This document shows positions 16,146 through 25,027 of a DNA stretch of 32,715 nucleotides, one piece after another. The notes beneath the pieces are model-generated. The model saw only the letters and a list, made by a program, of their open reading frames with translations. It made no database searches and had not been told where the DNA came from. The first letter of the stretch is position 1. Every line of letters starts with the position of its first letter. The position numbers and the translations under genes were made by a program. The DNA is from Planctomycetota bacterium. Its GTDB lineage: Bacteria; Planctomycetota; JAJSAM01. Location of the stretch: assembly GCA_039714635.1 (NCBI GenBank), contig JBDLIY010000001.1:1-32715 (forward strand), in the 5' to 3' direction.

Positions 16146-16174
16146 ACCGGAAACCTGATCGAACGCAGGGCAGA

Positions 16175-17554
16175 ATGCGCGGAGATTCCCATAGCTCCGG
16201 GTCGGGGGATGCGTTTCGTACGCTCCCGATCAACCTGCTTCTGAAGGACCGGCTCTGCCTCCTCGTGGGGGCGGGGCACGTGGCCCATCGGAAGCTGGTG
16301 AACCTCCTCGATCACGGTGCGCGAGTCGTCCTCGTGGCGCCGGAGATCGACCCGGAGGTGAGGGCGCTTGAAGAGGACCCGGACGTCCGAATTCGGATCG
16401 GCCGCTACGACCCGACCCTGCTCGACGAATTCGAACCCTTCCTCGTCTATGCGGCGACGGACGACGACACGCTGAACGTCCGGATCGCCGCGGACGCCGC
16501 CGACCGCGGTCTCCTCTCCTCCTCCGCCTCCTCCTGGCGCGCCGGGGACTTCATCTCCCCGTCCGTGCTCCGGTGGGGGCGGGGCCAGGTGAGCATCACC
16601 ACCGAAGGCGCCTCCTGCCGCCAGGCCAAGTTCATGCGCCTGCGCCTGGAGGACCTGCTCGGAGGGGACCGCGAGCTGGTCGTGATCGGCGTGGATGTCC
16701 GAACCCTCGGCTTCGAGACCTTCGAGGCCGTCCGTCCGGACGTGGAACGCCGGGAGCGGGTCGAGGCGATGCTCCGGCATCTCGCCTCCCTGGAGGAGTT
16801 CGCGCTCCTCGTGACCTGCAACCGCATGGAGCTCTACGCATGGTCGCGGATGGACGACTCCCTGCGGGGCGCGGTCCGTTCCGTGATGGGGCTCGACGCG
16901 GTCGCCGACCACGTGTACGTCCGGCGCGGGGAAGAGGTCCTCACCCACGCCGCCGACGTCGTGGCCGGCCACCTGTCCGAGGTCGTCTGCGAGACCCAGA
17001 TCACGGCCCAGTTCAAGGAGGCGTTCCGCCGGGCGTTTGCGGCGAACGTGGCGGGCGTCCACCTCCAGAATCTGCACGACCGTGCGCTGCGGCTCGCGAA
17101 GCGCGTGAGGGCGATGCAGGGCGTGGACCGGGACGGCCTGAGGTCGCTCGTGAAGGACCGGATCCCCGAGGGGAGCCGCGTCCTCCTTCTGGGCGCCGGT
17201 CACCTCGCGACGGAGATGGCCGACTCCCTGCCGACGCCTCCGGACCGGGCCAACCGGACGGTGGAGCGCCTGCCGGCCGGCGGGATGAGCCTCTCCGACG
17301 CCGTCTCGAGGCTCGACTACTGGGACGTCGTCGTCTGCGCCGTCGGGTGCGGCCATCCGGTCGTTCGCGTCGAGCACGTGGCCGGCCTCCCGACTCCGCC
17401 GCTCCTGATCGACCTCGGCCTGCCGAGGAACGTGGACCCGGCCGTGCGCGAGCACGCGACCGTGCTCACGCTGGAAGACTTCAAGACCCCGGACGAAGAC
17501 CGCGAGCGCCTGAGCTCGCTGACGCGCTCGGTGGCCGAGGTGCTCCATGGTTGA
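16175..17554 (+). CDS. fusion: precorrin-2 dehydrogenase/sirohydrochlorin ferrochelatase-like (SirC/CysG-N) domain + glutamyl-tRNA reductase-like (HemA) domain
   Basis: 459 aa. N-terminal LPINLLLKDRLCLLVGAGHVAHRKLVNLLDHGARVVLVAPE (siroheme synthase Rossmann domain). From about residue 165, LVVIGVD..VTCNRMELY (HemA catalytic Cys motif), GHLSEVVCETQITAQFK (diverged GLDS..GE.QIL.Q.K) and LLLGAGHLATEM. Confidence 0.75.
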   Translation: MRGDSHSSGSGDAFRTLPINLLLKDRLCLLVGAGHVAHRKLVNLLDHGARVVLVAPEIDPEVRALEEDPDVRIRIGRYDPTLLDEFEPFLVYAATDDDTLNVRIAADAADRGLLSSSASSWRAGDFISPSVLRWGRGQVSITTEGASCRQAKFMRLRLEDLLGGDRELVVIGVDVRTLGFETFEAVRPDVERRERVEAMLRHLASLEEFALLVTCNRMELYAWSRMDDSLRGAVRSVMGLDAVADHVYVRRGEEVLTHAADVVAGHLSEVVCETQITAQFKEAFRRAFAANVAGVHLQNLHDRALRLAKRVRAMQGVDRDGLRSLVKDRIPEGSRVLLLGAGHLATEMADSLPTPPDRANRTVERLPAGGMSLSDAVSRLDYWDVVVCAVGCGHPVVRVEHVAGLPTPPLLIDLGLPRNVDPAVREHATVLTLEDFKTPDEDRERLSSLTRSVAEVLHG

Positions 17555-19310
17555 GAGGGGGGCTGAACGGGGGGTTGAGAAGGGGGCTGAGACGCGGATC
17601 GCACCTCGCAGCCGGCGGTCGCCGCGGGAGCGCGTCGAGGAGACGGTGGCGCGCGACTTCCCCGCCGTCACCCCCGAGTTCGGGGACGACCTCGTCGTCG
17701 TCGGTGCGTCGGAGATCGAAGGCACGCCGCCGGCCGGGTTCGAGGAGATGGTCTTCCCGAAGGACTCGCCCGCCGCGGGACAAGGCGTGCGTTTCCGGTC
17801 CGACGACGCGGTGTGGCTTGCGCTGCGGCGCTTCTACACGCCGCCGGTGGTCCTCGCCGGCGCGGGGCCGGGCGGCGTCTCCACCATGACGGTCGGGACC
17901 TGCCGGGCGCTGTCGAAGGCGGACGTGGTCCTGACCGACGCGCTCTGCGGCACGGACGTTCTCGAGTGCGTGGCCGACGACGCCGAGGTCATCCCCGTCG
18001 GCAAGCGCTGCGGGAAGCACAGCGCTGCGCAGGAGGACATCAACCGCCTCCTGCTCGAGAACGCGCGCCGCGGCCGCCGGGTCGTCCGGCTCAAGGGGGG
18101 AGATCCCTCGGTCTTCGGTCGTCTCGAGGAGGAGATCGCGACCCTCGGGGGGCAGTCGTTCTCCTATCGGGTTCTTCCCGGAATCGGGGCGGCGTCGGCG
18201 GCGGCGTCCATCGTCGGCCAGCCGCTCACGGTCCGCGAGGTGGCCAGCGAGATCATCTTCTCCACCGGCCGCCTGGCGGGGGGTGGGAAGAACCCGTTCC
18301 CCCTCAACGGCCCGACGGCGCCGGCGATCGCGCTCTACATGAGCCGCCGCGTGCTGGCGGAGCGGATGGCCGACCTCGAGACGGCGGGCTACGGCGAGAA
18401 CACCCCCGTGGCGGTCGTGGAGAGGATCGGTTCTCCCGAGGCCCGGGCCGTGGTGGGGACGGTGGGGACGATCGCCGCCGTCGCGGACGAACGGAAGGTC
18501 GGAACCCCGGCCGTCGTCCTCGTCGGCGCGCAGTTCACGAAGCCGCGCCACCTGCCGCTGGCCGGCGTCCGCATCTGGCTGCCGGGCGAGGCGGAGACGG
18601 CGGAGGGGCAGCGGGAGCCGCTCGAGGAACTGGGTGCGACCTGCGTCATGCGGCCGCTCATCGAGCCGGAGCCCTACCCGGTGGACGAGGGCGGCGTCTT
18701 CTCCCGGTCGTTCGACTGGGTGGTCTTCACCTCGAAGAAGGGCGTCGACTACCTGTTCGAACTGCTCGGGAAGTGGGGCCTCGACTCGCGCTGGTTGCCG
18801 CGGGTCGCGGCCATTGGCCATTCGACGATACGAAAGCTCAGGGCGCGCGGGATCGAGCCTGATCTCATGCCGTCCGAACACACCCGGGTTGCCCTGAGCG
18901 AATCCCTCATCGCCACCGGCCTCGATGGCCGCCGCGTGCTGATCCCCGCATCGAAGGTGGCGCCGGACCACGTGCGGGAGGCGCTGGCTCCCCACGCGGC
19001 GGAAGTCGTACGCCTGGATCTCTACGGCCTGCGCTTCCCGCGGGTCGAGACGGTTCCCGACGTGGACGTGATCCTCTTCTCCTCCGAGTCCACCGTGCGC
19101 TCCGCGGCGGAGAACGGACTCGTCGACGCCATCCGGGAGATGAACCCCGTGATCGGCGGCATCGGCCCCGCGACCTGCGGGACGCTCGACCGGATGGGGC
19201 TGACTCCGGCCATCGTCCCGGACGGCGTGAGCCCGACGAGCCTCGCATGGGCCACGAAACGGTTCTTCGCGCGCCTCGACCCGGCGCTCAGGGAGGCGAA
19301 CGCCCGATGA
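17547..19310 (+). CDS. fusion: uroporphyrinogen-III C-methyltransferase (CobA/SUMT) + uroporphyrinogen-III synthase (HemD), with N-terminal extension
   Basis: 587 aa. VVLAGAGPGG, LKGGDPSVFGR, VLPGIGAASAA (SUMT). The C-terminal half (WVVFTSKKGVDY, VILFSSESTVR) is HemD-like. GAGGTG RBS 6 nt upstream; 8-nt overlap with the previous gene. The first ~100 aa resemble nothing I recognise. Confidence 0.8.
   Translation: MVERGAERGVEKGAETRIAPRSRRSPRERVEETVARDFPAVTPEFGDDLVVVGASEIEGTPPAGFEEMVFPKDSPAAGQGVRFRSDDAVWLALRRFYTPPVVLAGAGPGGVSTMTVGTCRALSKADVVLTDALCGTDVLECVADDAEVIPVGKRCGKHSAAQEDINRLLLENARRGRRVVRLKGGDPSVFGRLEEEIATLGGQSFSYRVLPGIGAASAAASIVGQPLTVREVASEIIFSTGRLAGGGKNPFPLNGPTAPAIALYMSRRVLAERMADLETAGYGENTPVAVVERIGSPEARAVVGTVGTIAAVADERKVGTPAVVLVGAQFTKPRHLPLAGVRIWLPGEAETAEGQREPLEELGATCVMRPLIEPEPYPVDEGGVFSRSFDWVVFTSKKGVDYLFELLGKWGLDSRWLPRVAAIGHSTIRKLRARGIEPDLMPSEHTRVALSESLIATGLDGRRVLIPASKVAPDHVREALAPHAAEVVRLDLYGLRFPRVETVPDVDVILFSSESTVRSAAENGLVDAIREMNPVIGGIGPATCGTLDRMGLTPAIVPDGVSPTSLAWATKRFFARLDPALREANAR
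17550..17597 (+). repeat. imperfect tandem 24-nt repeat at the hemA-like/cobA junction
   Basis: GTTGAGAGGGGGGCTGAACGGGGG / GTTGAGAAGGGGGCTGAGACGCGG, encoding VERGAERG/VEKGAETR. Confidence 0.8.
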
Positions 19311-19428
19311 TCTTCACCGAGACGGGGTATGAACTTCAGGCAGCCCCCTGCAGCCACGACACGTGGAGGCGGGACCGGCCACGGCCGGGACGGGATCCAC
19401 GAGGCCCCGTTCGACCACGGGCTGCAGC

Positions 19429-19947
19429 ATGTTGAGATCCCGGTTCACCGAACTTCTGGCGTCGAACCGGAAGGAGATCCACGACCGGTGGATCGCCCGC
19501 ATCCTCGCCGCCTATCCGCAGGAGTCCGCGAAGTTCATCGGGCGCGAGAAGGACCGCTTCAGGAACCCCATCGGCTCCACCCTCCAGGAGGGGACGACCG
19601 CCGTCCTCGACGCGCTCGAGGCGGGCGGGGAGGCCGAGGCACTTCGCGACGCGGTGGAGGGGATGATCCGGCTGCGCGCCGTGCAGGTGGACAAGGCGTC
19701 GGAAGCGGTTTCCTTCATCCCCGCCCTCGCCGACGTGGTGAAGCGCGTCCTCGGGGACAGCGTGACCGCGGAAGAAGTCTCGAAGTTCGAGACCCGGATG
19801 GAAGTCCTGCTGCTGGACGCCTTCGACACCTACATGCAGTGCCGGGAGAAGGTGTTCGAGATCCGACTGACGGAACTCAGGAACCGGACCTTCAAGCTTC
19901 TCGAGAGAGAGGGGGAGGTCTCATTGAAGCGAGGTGCTGATCGATGA
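19429..19947 (+). CDS. dsrT: DsrT (RsbRD N-terminal domain protein)
   Basis: Start at ATG 19429 inside ORF 19363..19947. MLRSRFTELLASNRKEIHDRWIARILAAYP..DRFRNPIG is the RsbRD_N-type signature. Immediately precedes dsrM with an ATGA overlap, as in sulfate reducers. Confidence 0.75.
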   Translation: MLRSRFTELLASNRKEIHDRWIARILAAYPQESAKFIGREKDRFRNPIGSTLQEGTTAVLDALEAGGEAEALRDAVEGMIRLRAVQVDKASEAVSFIPALADVVKRVLGDSVTAEEVSKFETRMEVLLLDAFDTYMQCREKVFEIRLTELRNRTFKLLEREGEVSLKRGADR

Positions 19948-20948
19948 ACGCTCTTGTCTCGTTCCTCGCGGTGGTCGCGCTCGTGGTGATCGCCCTGGCT
20001 GGTATTGGCTTGGGGGCGGGCGCCGGGGCGGACGTGGTGTTCGGGGTGATCATCCCGTACGCCGCCATCCTCCTGTTCCTCGTCGGGTTCGTCGTGAAGG
20101 TCCTCACTTGGGCGAAGGCCCCCGTGCCCTTCCGCATCCCGACGGTCGCGGGCCAGGCCGAGAGCCTCGACTTCATCCCGCAGCAGAAGCTGGAGAGCCC
20201 GAGCACGGGCGGGCAGGTCTTCGTCCGGATGGTGCTCGAGGTCCTCTTCTTCCGCTCCCTGTTCCGCAACACGCGGGCGGACATGAAGGCCGGCCCGCGC
20301 ATCGTCTACGGCGCCGACAAGCTGCTCTGGGCCGCGGCGATGCTGTTCCACTGGACGTTCCTGATCATCTTCCTGCGGCACCTGAGGTTCTTCACCGAGC
20401 CGGTCCCGTTCTGGATCTCCGGGATCGAGAGCCTCGACGCGTTCTTCGAGGTCACGGTGCCCGCGCTCTACCTGACGAACATTCTGATCGTCGTCGGCCT
20501 CGGCTGGCTCCTCCTGCGGCGGTTCCTCGAACCCCAGGTCCGCTACATCTCGCTGGCGTCGGACTACTTCCCCCTCTTCCTGCTCTTCGGGGTGGTGATC
20601 TCCGGCGTCTTCCTGCGCTACCTCACGAAGACGGACGTCGTGGCGATCAAGGAGCTGGCGATGGGCCTGCTCTCCTTCAAGTTCGCGGTGCCCGAGGGGA
20701 TCGGGGCGCAGTTCTACGTCCACCTCTTCCTCGTGAGCGCGCTGATCGCCTACTTCCCCTTCAGCAAGCTCATGCACCTTCCCGGCGTCTTCCTCTCCCC
20801 AACGCGGAACCTGGCGAACAACAACCGGAAGGTGCGCCACGTGAACCCCTGGAACCCCGAGGTGAAGAAGCACGAGTTCGACCACTGGAAGGAAGAGTTC
20901 GCAGAAGAGATCGCCGAGGCGGGCTACGAGCTAGAGGAGAGGGAGTAA
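19944..20948 (+). CDS. dsrM: DsrM, NarI-like dihaem cytochrome b membrane subunit
   Basis: 334 aa, multiple TM helices, conserved His (MLFHWTFLIIFLRHLRF; FYVHLFL; FPFSKLMHLPGVF). First gene of the dsrMKJOP order. Confidence 0.92.
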   Translation: MNALVSFLAVVALVVIALAGIGLGAGAGADVVFGVIIPYAAILLFLVGFVVKVLTWAKAPVPFRIPTVAGQAESLDFIPQQKLESPSTGGQVFVRMVLEVLFFRSLFRNTRADMKAGPRIVYGADKLLWAAAMLFHWTFLIIFLRHLRFFTEPVPFWISGIESLDAFFEVTVPALYLTNILIVVGLGWLLLRRFLEPQVRYISLASDYFPLFLLFGVVISGVFLRYLTKTDVVAIKELAMGLLSFKFAVPEGIGAQFYVHLFLVSALIAYFPFSKLMHLPGVFLSPTRNLANNNRKVRHVNPWNPEVKKHEFDHWKEEFAEEIAEAGYELEERE

Positions 20949-20952
20949 GGCC

Positions 20953-22575
20953 ATGGCCGACGAATACAAGCAGGAGGAGCTGGCGGCCGTCGACTACGGG
21001 TCGGTGCCGAAGACGGGCTGGATGGACACGCCGGCCGACTTCCGGAAGGGCAACTGGCTCTACGCCGGCGGGAAGAAGCACTTCGACTACCTCGACATGC
21101 CGAACTCGCACGAGTGGGCGCCGCTGGACGAGGACTGGAACCTGCCGGCGAACTGGAAGGAGATCATCCTCGAGGGGATGAAGGAGCGCCTCGCGAAGTA
21201 CCGCTCCTTCCGGCTCTTCATGGACATCTGCGTGCGCTGCGGCGCCTGCGCCGACAAGTGCCACTTCTACCTGGGCTCCGCCGACCCGAAGAACATGCCG
21301 GTGCTGCGCGCCGAGCTCCTCCGGAGCGTCTACAAGCGCTACTTCACGAAGGCGGGGAAGACCCTCGGCAAGCTGGTCGGCGCCCGTGACCTCACGATCG
21401 ACGTGCTGAAGGAGTGGTTCTACTACTTCTACCAGTGCACGGAGTGCCGCCGTTGCTCGGTCTTCTGCCCCTACGGGATCGACACCGCCGAGGTGACGAT
21501 GATCGGGCGCGAACTGCTGGCGCTCGTCGGGATCTCGGTCGGCTGGATCATGGAGCCGGCGGCGAACTGCTACCAGACCGGCAACCACCTCGGCGTGCGG
21601 CCGAACACCTTCAAGGACAACCTGGAGTTCGCGGCCGAGGACCTCGCGGACATCACGGGCATCGAGGTCGAGGTGCCGATCGACAAGGCCGGCGCCGACG
21701 TCCTCGTGGTCGTGCCCTCCGCCGACTACTTCGCCAACCCGCACTACTTCACGTTCCTGGGCTACCTCGCGCTGTTCCACGAGATCGGGCTCAACTACAC
21801 GTTCAGTCCGTTCGCCACGGAGGGTGGCAACTTCGGCCTCTTCCTGTCGAAGGACATGATGAAGAGACTGAACGTGAAGATCTACCAGGAGGCGAAACGC
21901 CTCGGGGTGAAGTGGATCCTCGGGTGCGAGTGCGGCCACATGTGGCGCGTGCTGCACCAGTACATGGACACGATGAACGGCCCGGCGGACTTCCTCGAGG
22001 TCCCGAAGTCGCCGGTCACCGGCACCGTGTTCAAGAACGCGGCGGCGACGAGCACGGTCCACATCTGCGAGTTCACCGCGGACCTGCTCAAGCACGACAA
22101 GCTGAACCTCGACATCAGCCGGAACGACGAGTTCAAGGTCACGTTCCACGACTCCTGCAACCCGGCCCGCGCGGTCGGGCTGCTCGAGGAGCCGCGCTAC
22201 ATCCTGGACCGCGTCCTCAACCACTTCGTCGAGATGCCGGAGAACACGATCCGCGAGCAGACCTTCTGCTGCGGCGGCGGCTCGGGCCTCGGCGCGGATG
22301 AAAACATGGAGGCGCGCCTGCGCGGTGGCCTGCCGCGGGCCAACGCGGTGAAGTACGTCCACGACAAGTACGGCGTGAACACGCTTTCCTGCATCTGCGC
22401 GATCGACAAGGCGGTCCTGCCGCCGCTGGTGGAGTACTGGGTGCCCGGGGTGGAGGTCGCCGGCATCCACGAGTTCGTCGGCAACGCGCTCATCATGAAG
22501 GGCGAGAAGAAGCGGGAGCTGAACCTCCGCAGCGAGCCGCTCCCGAACGGCGGGGAGGAGGTGGCCGATGAATGA
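20953..22575 (+). CDS. dsrK: DsrK, HdrD-like catalytic iron-sulfur subunit
   Basis: 540 aa. CVRCGACADKCH, CTECRRCSVFCP, and CCG domain HDSC-x36-CCGGGSG. Confidence 0.95.
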   Translation: MADEYKQEELAAVDYGSVPKTGWMDTPADFRKGNWLYAGGKKHFDYLDMPNSHEWAPLDEDWNLPANWKEIILEGMKERLAKYRSFRLFMDICVRCGACADKCHFYLGSADPKNMPVLRAELLRSVYKRYFTKAGKTLGKLVGARDLTIDVLKEWFYYFYQCTECRRCSVFCPYGIDTAEVTMIGRELLALVGISVGWIMEPAANCYQTGNHLGVRPNTFKDNLEFAAEDLADITGIEVEVPIDKAGADVLVVVPSADYFANPHYFTFLGYLALFHEIGLNYTFSPFATEGGNFGLFLSKDMMKRLNVKIYQEAKRLGVKWILGCECGHMWRVLHQYMDTMNGPADFLEVPKSPVTGTVFKNAAATSTVHICEFTADLLKHDKLNLDISRNDEFKVTFHDSCNPARAVGLLEEPRYILDRVLNHFVEMPENTIREQTFCCGGGSGLGADENMEARLRGGLPRANAVKYVHDKYGVNTLSCICAIDKAVLPPLVEYWVPGVEVAGIHEFVGNALIMKGEKKRELNLRSEPLPNGGEEVADE

Positions 22576-22966
22576 GGCGATGAACGACATGCCGAAGATC
22601 GTCGCGGGGATCGTGATCTTCCTGGTCCTCGTGCTCTTCCCGATCTGGTTCACGACCGCGGCCGGCGACTTCACGCCACCCGACCTGGGGGACGTGAAGA
22701 AGATCACCGGCGAAGAGGACTGCGTCCGCGACGTGGAGTGGATGCGCGCGAACCACATGGACCTGCTGGACTGCTGGCGGGACGACGTGGTGCGCCACGG
22801 AAACCGGGAGGACGAGAAGTCCGGCGAGGAGATGAGCCTCACGCGCACCTGTCTTCACTGCCACAGCGGCGAGGGGCGGAAGGCGAACTTCTGCGACCGC
22901 TGCCACGACTACGTCGGGACGAAACCGAACTGCTGGGACTGCCACATCGACCCGGAGGCCGAGTAG
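22568..22966 (+). CDS. dsrJ: DsrJ, trihaem cytochrome c
   Basis: 132 aa. N-terminal signal anchor and three CxxCH motifs (CLHCH, CDRCH, CWDCH), plus a conserved upstream Cys (EEDCVRD). Overlaps the dsrK stop; GGAGGAGG RBS. Confidence 0.92.
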   Translation: MNEAMNDMPKIVAGIVIFLVLVLFPIWFTTAAGDFTPPDLGDVKKITGEEDCVRDVEWMRANHMDLLDCWRDDVVRHGNREDEKSGEEMSLTRTCLHCHSGEGRKANFCDRCHDYVGTKPNCWDCHIDPEAE

Positions 22967-22968
22967 TC

Positions 22969-23739
22969 ATGGAACACTCCAGCGAAAAGACCACCCGGCG
23001 GACCTTCCTGACGACCACGGGCGCCACGATCGTCGCGATCGGCGTGGGCGGGCCGCTGCTCGCCTCCGCGGTCTCGAGGAAGCCGGCGGGTGACGGCCCG
23101 CGCTGGGCGATGGTGATCGACACGCGGAAGTGCCTCGAGAAGGGCGACTGCAACGAGTGCGCGCTCGCCTGCCACAAGGTCCACAACGTGCCGGACATCC
23201 CCTCGAACGGGCACGAGGTGAAGTGGATCTGGAAGGAGGACTTCAACCACGCCTTCCCGGGGCAGGAGCACGATTTCGTCCCGAAGCACATCGAGGGCCA
23301 GAAGCTGCCGGTGCTCTGCAACCACTGCGAGAACCCGCCGTGCGTGCGGGTGTGCCCGACGACGGCCACCTGGAAACGCGACGACGGCATCGTGATGATG
23401 GACATGCACCGCTGCATCGGCTGCCGCTACTGCACCGTCGCCTGCCCCTACGGATCGCGAAGCTTCAACTGGATGGATCCGCGGCCCCACATCAAGGAGC
23501 TGGATCCCGTCTTCCCGACCCGGACGAAGGGCGTCGTGGAGAAGTGCAACTTCTGCGCGGAGCGCCTGGTGAAGGGCGAACCGCCGGCCTGCGTGGCCGC
23601 CTGCAAGGGCGGCGCGATGGCGTTCGGCGACATCGGCGACGAGAACTCGGACGCCCGGAAGGCCCTGGCGTCGGCGGGCTTCACGATCCGCCGGAAGCAG
23701 GAACTCGGCACCGTCCCCCACGTCTTCTACATCGTGTGA
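22969..23739 (+). CDS. dsrO: DsrO, periplasmic 4Fe-4S ferredoxin-like subunit
   Basis: Start at ATG 22969 inside ORF 22738..23739. Twin-arginine signal TRRTFLTTTG. Cys clusters CNHCENPPCVRVCP, CIGCRYCTVACP and CNFCAERL..CVAAC. Confidence 0.92.
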   Translation: MEHSSEKTTRRTFLTTTGATIVAIGVGGPLLASAVSRKPAGDGPRWAMVIDTRKCLEKGDCNECALACHKVHNVPDIPSNGHEVKWIWKEDFNHAFPGQEHDFVPKHIEGQKLPVLCNHCENPPCVRVCPTTATWKRDDGIVMMDMHRCIGCRYCTVACPYGSRSFNWMDPRPHIKELDPVFPTRTKGVVEKCNFCAERLVKGEPPACVAACKGGAMAFGDIGDENSDARKALASAGFTIRRKQELGTVPHVFYIV

Positions 23740-23749
23740 GGAGGCAGAG

Positions 23750-24973
23750 ATGATCGAGAAGGCGCTCACGGGAAGTCGGCGGTACTGGACGCTGCTGACG
23801 GTGTTCGGCGGCCTGGTCTTCATCGGGCTGCTCTGCTACCTGCGCCAGTATCACGCCGGCCTGCAGGTCACCGGGCTCTCCCGGGACGTGACGTGGGGCT
23901 TCTACATCGCCCAGTTCACGTTCCTGGTCGGCGTCGCGGCCTCCGCGGTGATGGTGGTGCTGCCGTACTACCTGCACAACTACAAGGCGTTCGGGAAGCT
24001 GGCGGTGCTCGGCGAGTTCCTCGCCATCAGCGCCGTCATCATGTGCATGCTCTTCATCTTCGTGGACATGGGGAAGCCGACCCGCGTCCTGAACGTGATG
24101 CTGTACCCGAGCCCGAACTCGCTGATGTTCTGGGACATGGTCAGCCTGATGGGCTACCTGCTCCTGAACATCCTGATCAGCCGCGTGACGTTCGCGGCGG
24201 AGCGCAAGAGCATCGCGCCGCCGTCGTGGATCAGGTTCTTCGTCGTGCTCTCGATCCCGTGGGCCGTCTCGATCCACACCGTGACGGCGTTTCTGTACTC
24301 GGGCCTCGGGGCGCGCCCGTTCTGGATGACGGCGATCATGGCCCCGCGCTTCCTCGCGACCGCGTTCGCGGCCGGCCCGGCGCTGCTGATCCTGCTCAGT
24401 CTCCTCCTCAAACAGCTCAAGCTGTTCGACCCGGGGAAGGAGGCGGTCAAGAAACTCGCGGTGATCATCACGTACGCGATGGCGGCGAACATCTTCTTCC
24501 TCCTGATGGAGATCTTCACCGCGACGTACTCGGCCATCCCGGGCCACGTCGATCACCTCAAGCTCCTGTACGTGGGGCTCGACGGGAACACGACACTGGT
24601 GCCGTGGATGTGGCTCTCCTCGATCTTCTCCGTGATCGCCATGACCCTTCTCTTCGTCCCGAAGTGGCGGGAGAGGAAGGGCCTGCTGGTGGCGGCGTGC
24701 TTCATGGTCTTCTTCGGGATCTACTTCGAGAAGGGCCTGGGGATGGTCGTCGCCGGCTTCATCCCGACCACGATGCACACGGTCGTCGACTACGTGCCGT
24801 CCGGCACCGAACTCGGCATTTCGATCGGGATCTACGGGCTGGGCGCCCTGATCCTCACCATCCTCTACAAGGTCGCGGTGACGGTCCGCCGGCGCGAGCC
24901 GGAGGCGGCCTGGGCCGAGGAGAGGCCGGAGAACAAGGAAGAGGTTGCGGTCGCCGCGGCCGCCGGAGACTGA
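23750..24973 (+). CDS. dsrP: DsrP, NrfD/PsrC-family integral membrane subunit
   Basis: 407 aa with about 10 TM helices. Position after dsrO. GAGGAGG RBS. Confidence 0.9.
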   Translation: MIEKALTGSRRYWTLLTVFGGLVFIGLLCYLRQYHAGLQVTGLSRDVTWGFYIAQFTFLVGVAASAVMVVLPYYLHNYKAFGKLAVLGEFLAISAVIMCMLFIFVDMGKPTRVLNVMLYPSPNSLMFWDMVSLMGYLLLNILISRVTFAAERKSIAPPSWIRFFVVLSIPWAVSIHTVTAFLYSGLGARPFWMTAIMAPRFLATAFAAGPALLILLSLLLKQLKLFDPGKEAVKKLAVIITYAMAANIFFLLMEIFTATYSAIPGHVDHLKLLYVGLDGNTTLVPWMWLSSIFSVIAMTLLFVPKWRERKGLLVAACFMVFFGIYFEKGLGMVVAGFIPTTMHTVVDYVPSGTELGISIGIYGLGALILTILYKVAVTVRRREPEAAWAEERPENKEEVAVAAAAGD

Positions 24974-25027
24974 TCCGGAGGACTCGGAAAGACGCACCAC
25001 AGGCAGGCTTCGAACGAGGGAACGACG

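Noticed and set aside
16097-18995. 542-aa and 504-aa minus-strand ORFs, plus 438-aa and 349-aa alternative + frames, over the siroheme genes
   Set aside because: All are Arg/Pro/Gly-rich with no recognisable domains. The chosen frames contain SirC, HemA, SUMT and HemD motifs.
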